Source: Candidatus Lloydbacteria bacterium RIFCSPHIGHO2_02_FULL_50_18 (GTDB lineage: Bacteria > Patescibacteriota > Minisyncoccia > Phycocordibacterales > UBA6899). Taken from it: DNA of 57,064 nt. Below, one piece after another: positions 56,922-57,064 of the stretch (position 1 is the first letter of the stretch; each line of letters starts with the position of its first letter). The translations under genes and the position numbers were made by a program. The DNA lies in NCBI GenBank assembly GCA_001821395.1, contig MHLM01000010.1, positions 1 to 57,064 on the forward strand. The letters run 5' to 3'. Under the pieces are notes generated by a model, which was given only the letters and a program-made list of their open reading frames with translations, did no database searches and was not told the DNA's origin.

Positions 56922-57064
56922 AGGATGCTAAAGATAGTATGACACATCTATCCTCGTTCAATTGAATTTACTTAAATTCTATCTTGAAACGCAACATGCT
57001 CCGAATACCTTGCAAGGAGTTTCCCAGTGAAGTGACTTTCGTGGACGATGATTAATCATGCGCA

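Noticed and set aside
1-57064. CRISPR arrays, rRNA and tRNA genes
   Set aside because: No regularly spaced identical short repeats were found, and no 16S/23S-like conserved strings or tRNA T-loop/anticodon-arm patterns were seen on manual reading. A covariance-model scan would be needed to be certain about tRNAs.

Overview
This is a 57-kb window of roughly 50-55% GC (estimated by eye). Almost all genes are on the minus strand. The content looks bacterial and resembles Candidate-Phyla-Radiation or monoderm-like lineages: many very large signal-peptide surface proteins, cohesin-like and dockerin modules, a type IV pilin, and several GTG/TTG or near-leaderless starts. Main features, in order: (1) A giant surface-protein gene, truncated at the window edge (1..7100, minus strand, >2366 codons, stop outside the window). 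It is missing from the ORF track, apparently because the track omits ORFs that run off the edge. It carries phage-tail-collar-like HxH repeats. (2) Hsp20, then a PmbA/TldD pair. (3) A minus-strand run of a dockerin protein, an FGE-domain protein and a small membrane protein, with a cohesin-like anchored protein about 4 kb away. (4) A roughly 10.6-kb minus-strand gene run (35030 down to 24432). It encodes an HTH-membrane protein, a beta-propeller protein, a 1777-aa protein with an internal 1758-bp tandem duplication, and two putative DUF916/DUF3324-like anchored proteins. A third protein of this family sits at 17724..18788. (5) A RelB/RelE-type toxin-antitoxin pair. (6) Three tandem paralogous secreted proteins whose two promoters share a conserved element carrying TGTGGAWAA (DnaA-box-like) repeats. 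(7) Housekeeping genes: an RRM protein, an amino-acid permease-UspA fusion, DJ-1/PfpI, a DUF167 protein, DedA, Csp, a VanY-type peptidase, a PNPOx-like protein, Smr and a GH57-like enzyme. (8) A copper locus: an HMA-CcdA-like fusion, a cupredoxin-like protein, CopA and a Met/Cys-rich membrane protein. No rRNA, tRNA or CRISPR array was recognised. The most unusual content is non-coding: several families of modular intergenic repeats at 7.9-8.2 kb, 17.0-17.7 kb, 10.4-10.6 kb, 23.5-23.7 kb and 27.2 kb. One hairpin module shows compensatory stem changes between copies. Two long hairpins overlap the stop codons of their upstream genes. These elements look like undescribed structured ncRNA or MITE/REP-like families. 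All calls rest on reading the sequence and recalled family signatures; no database search was possible.
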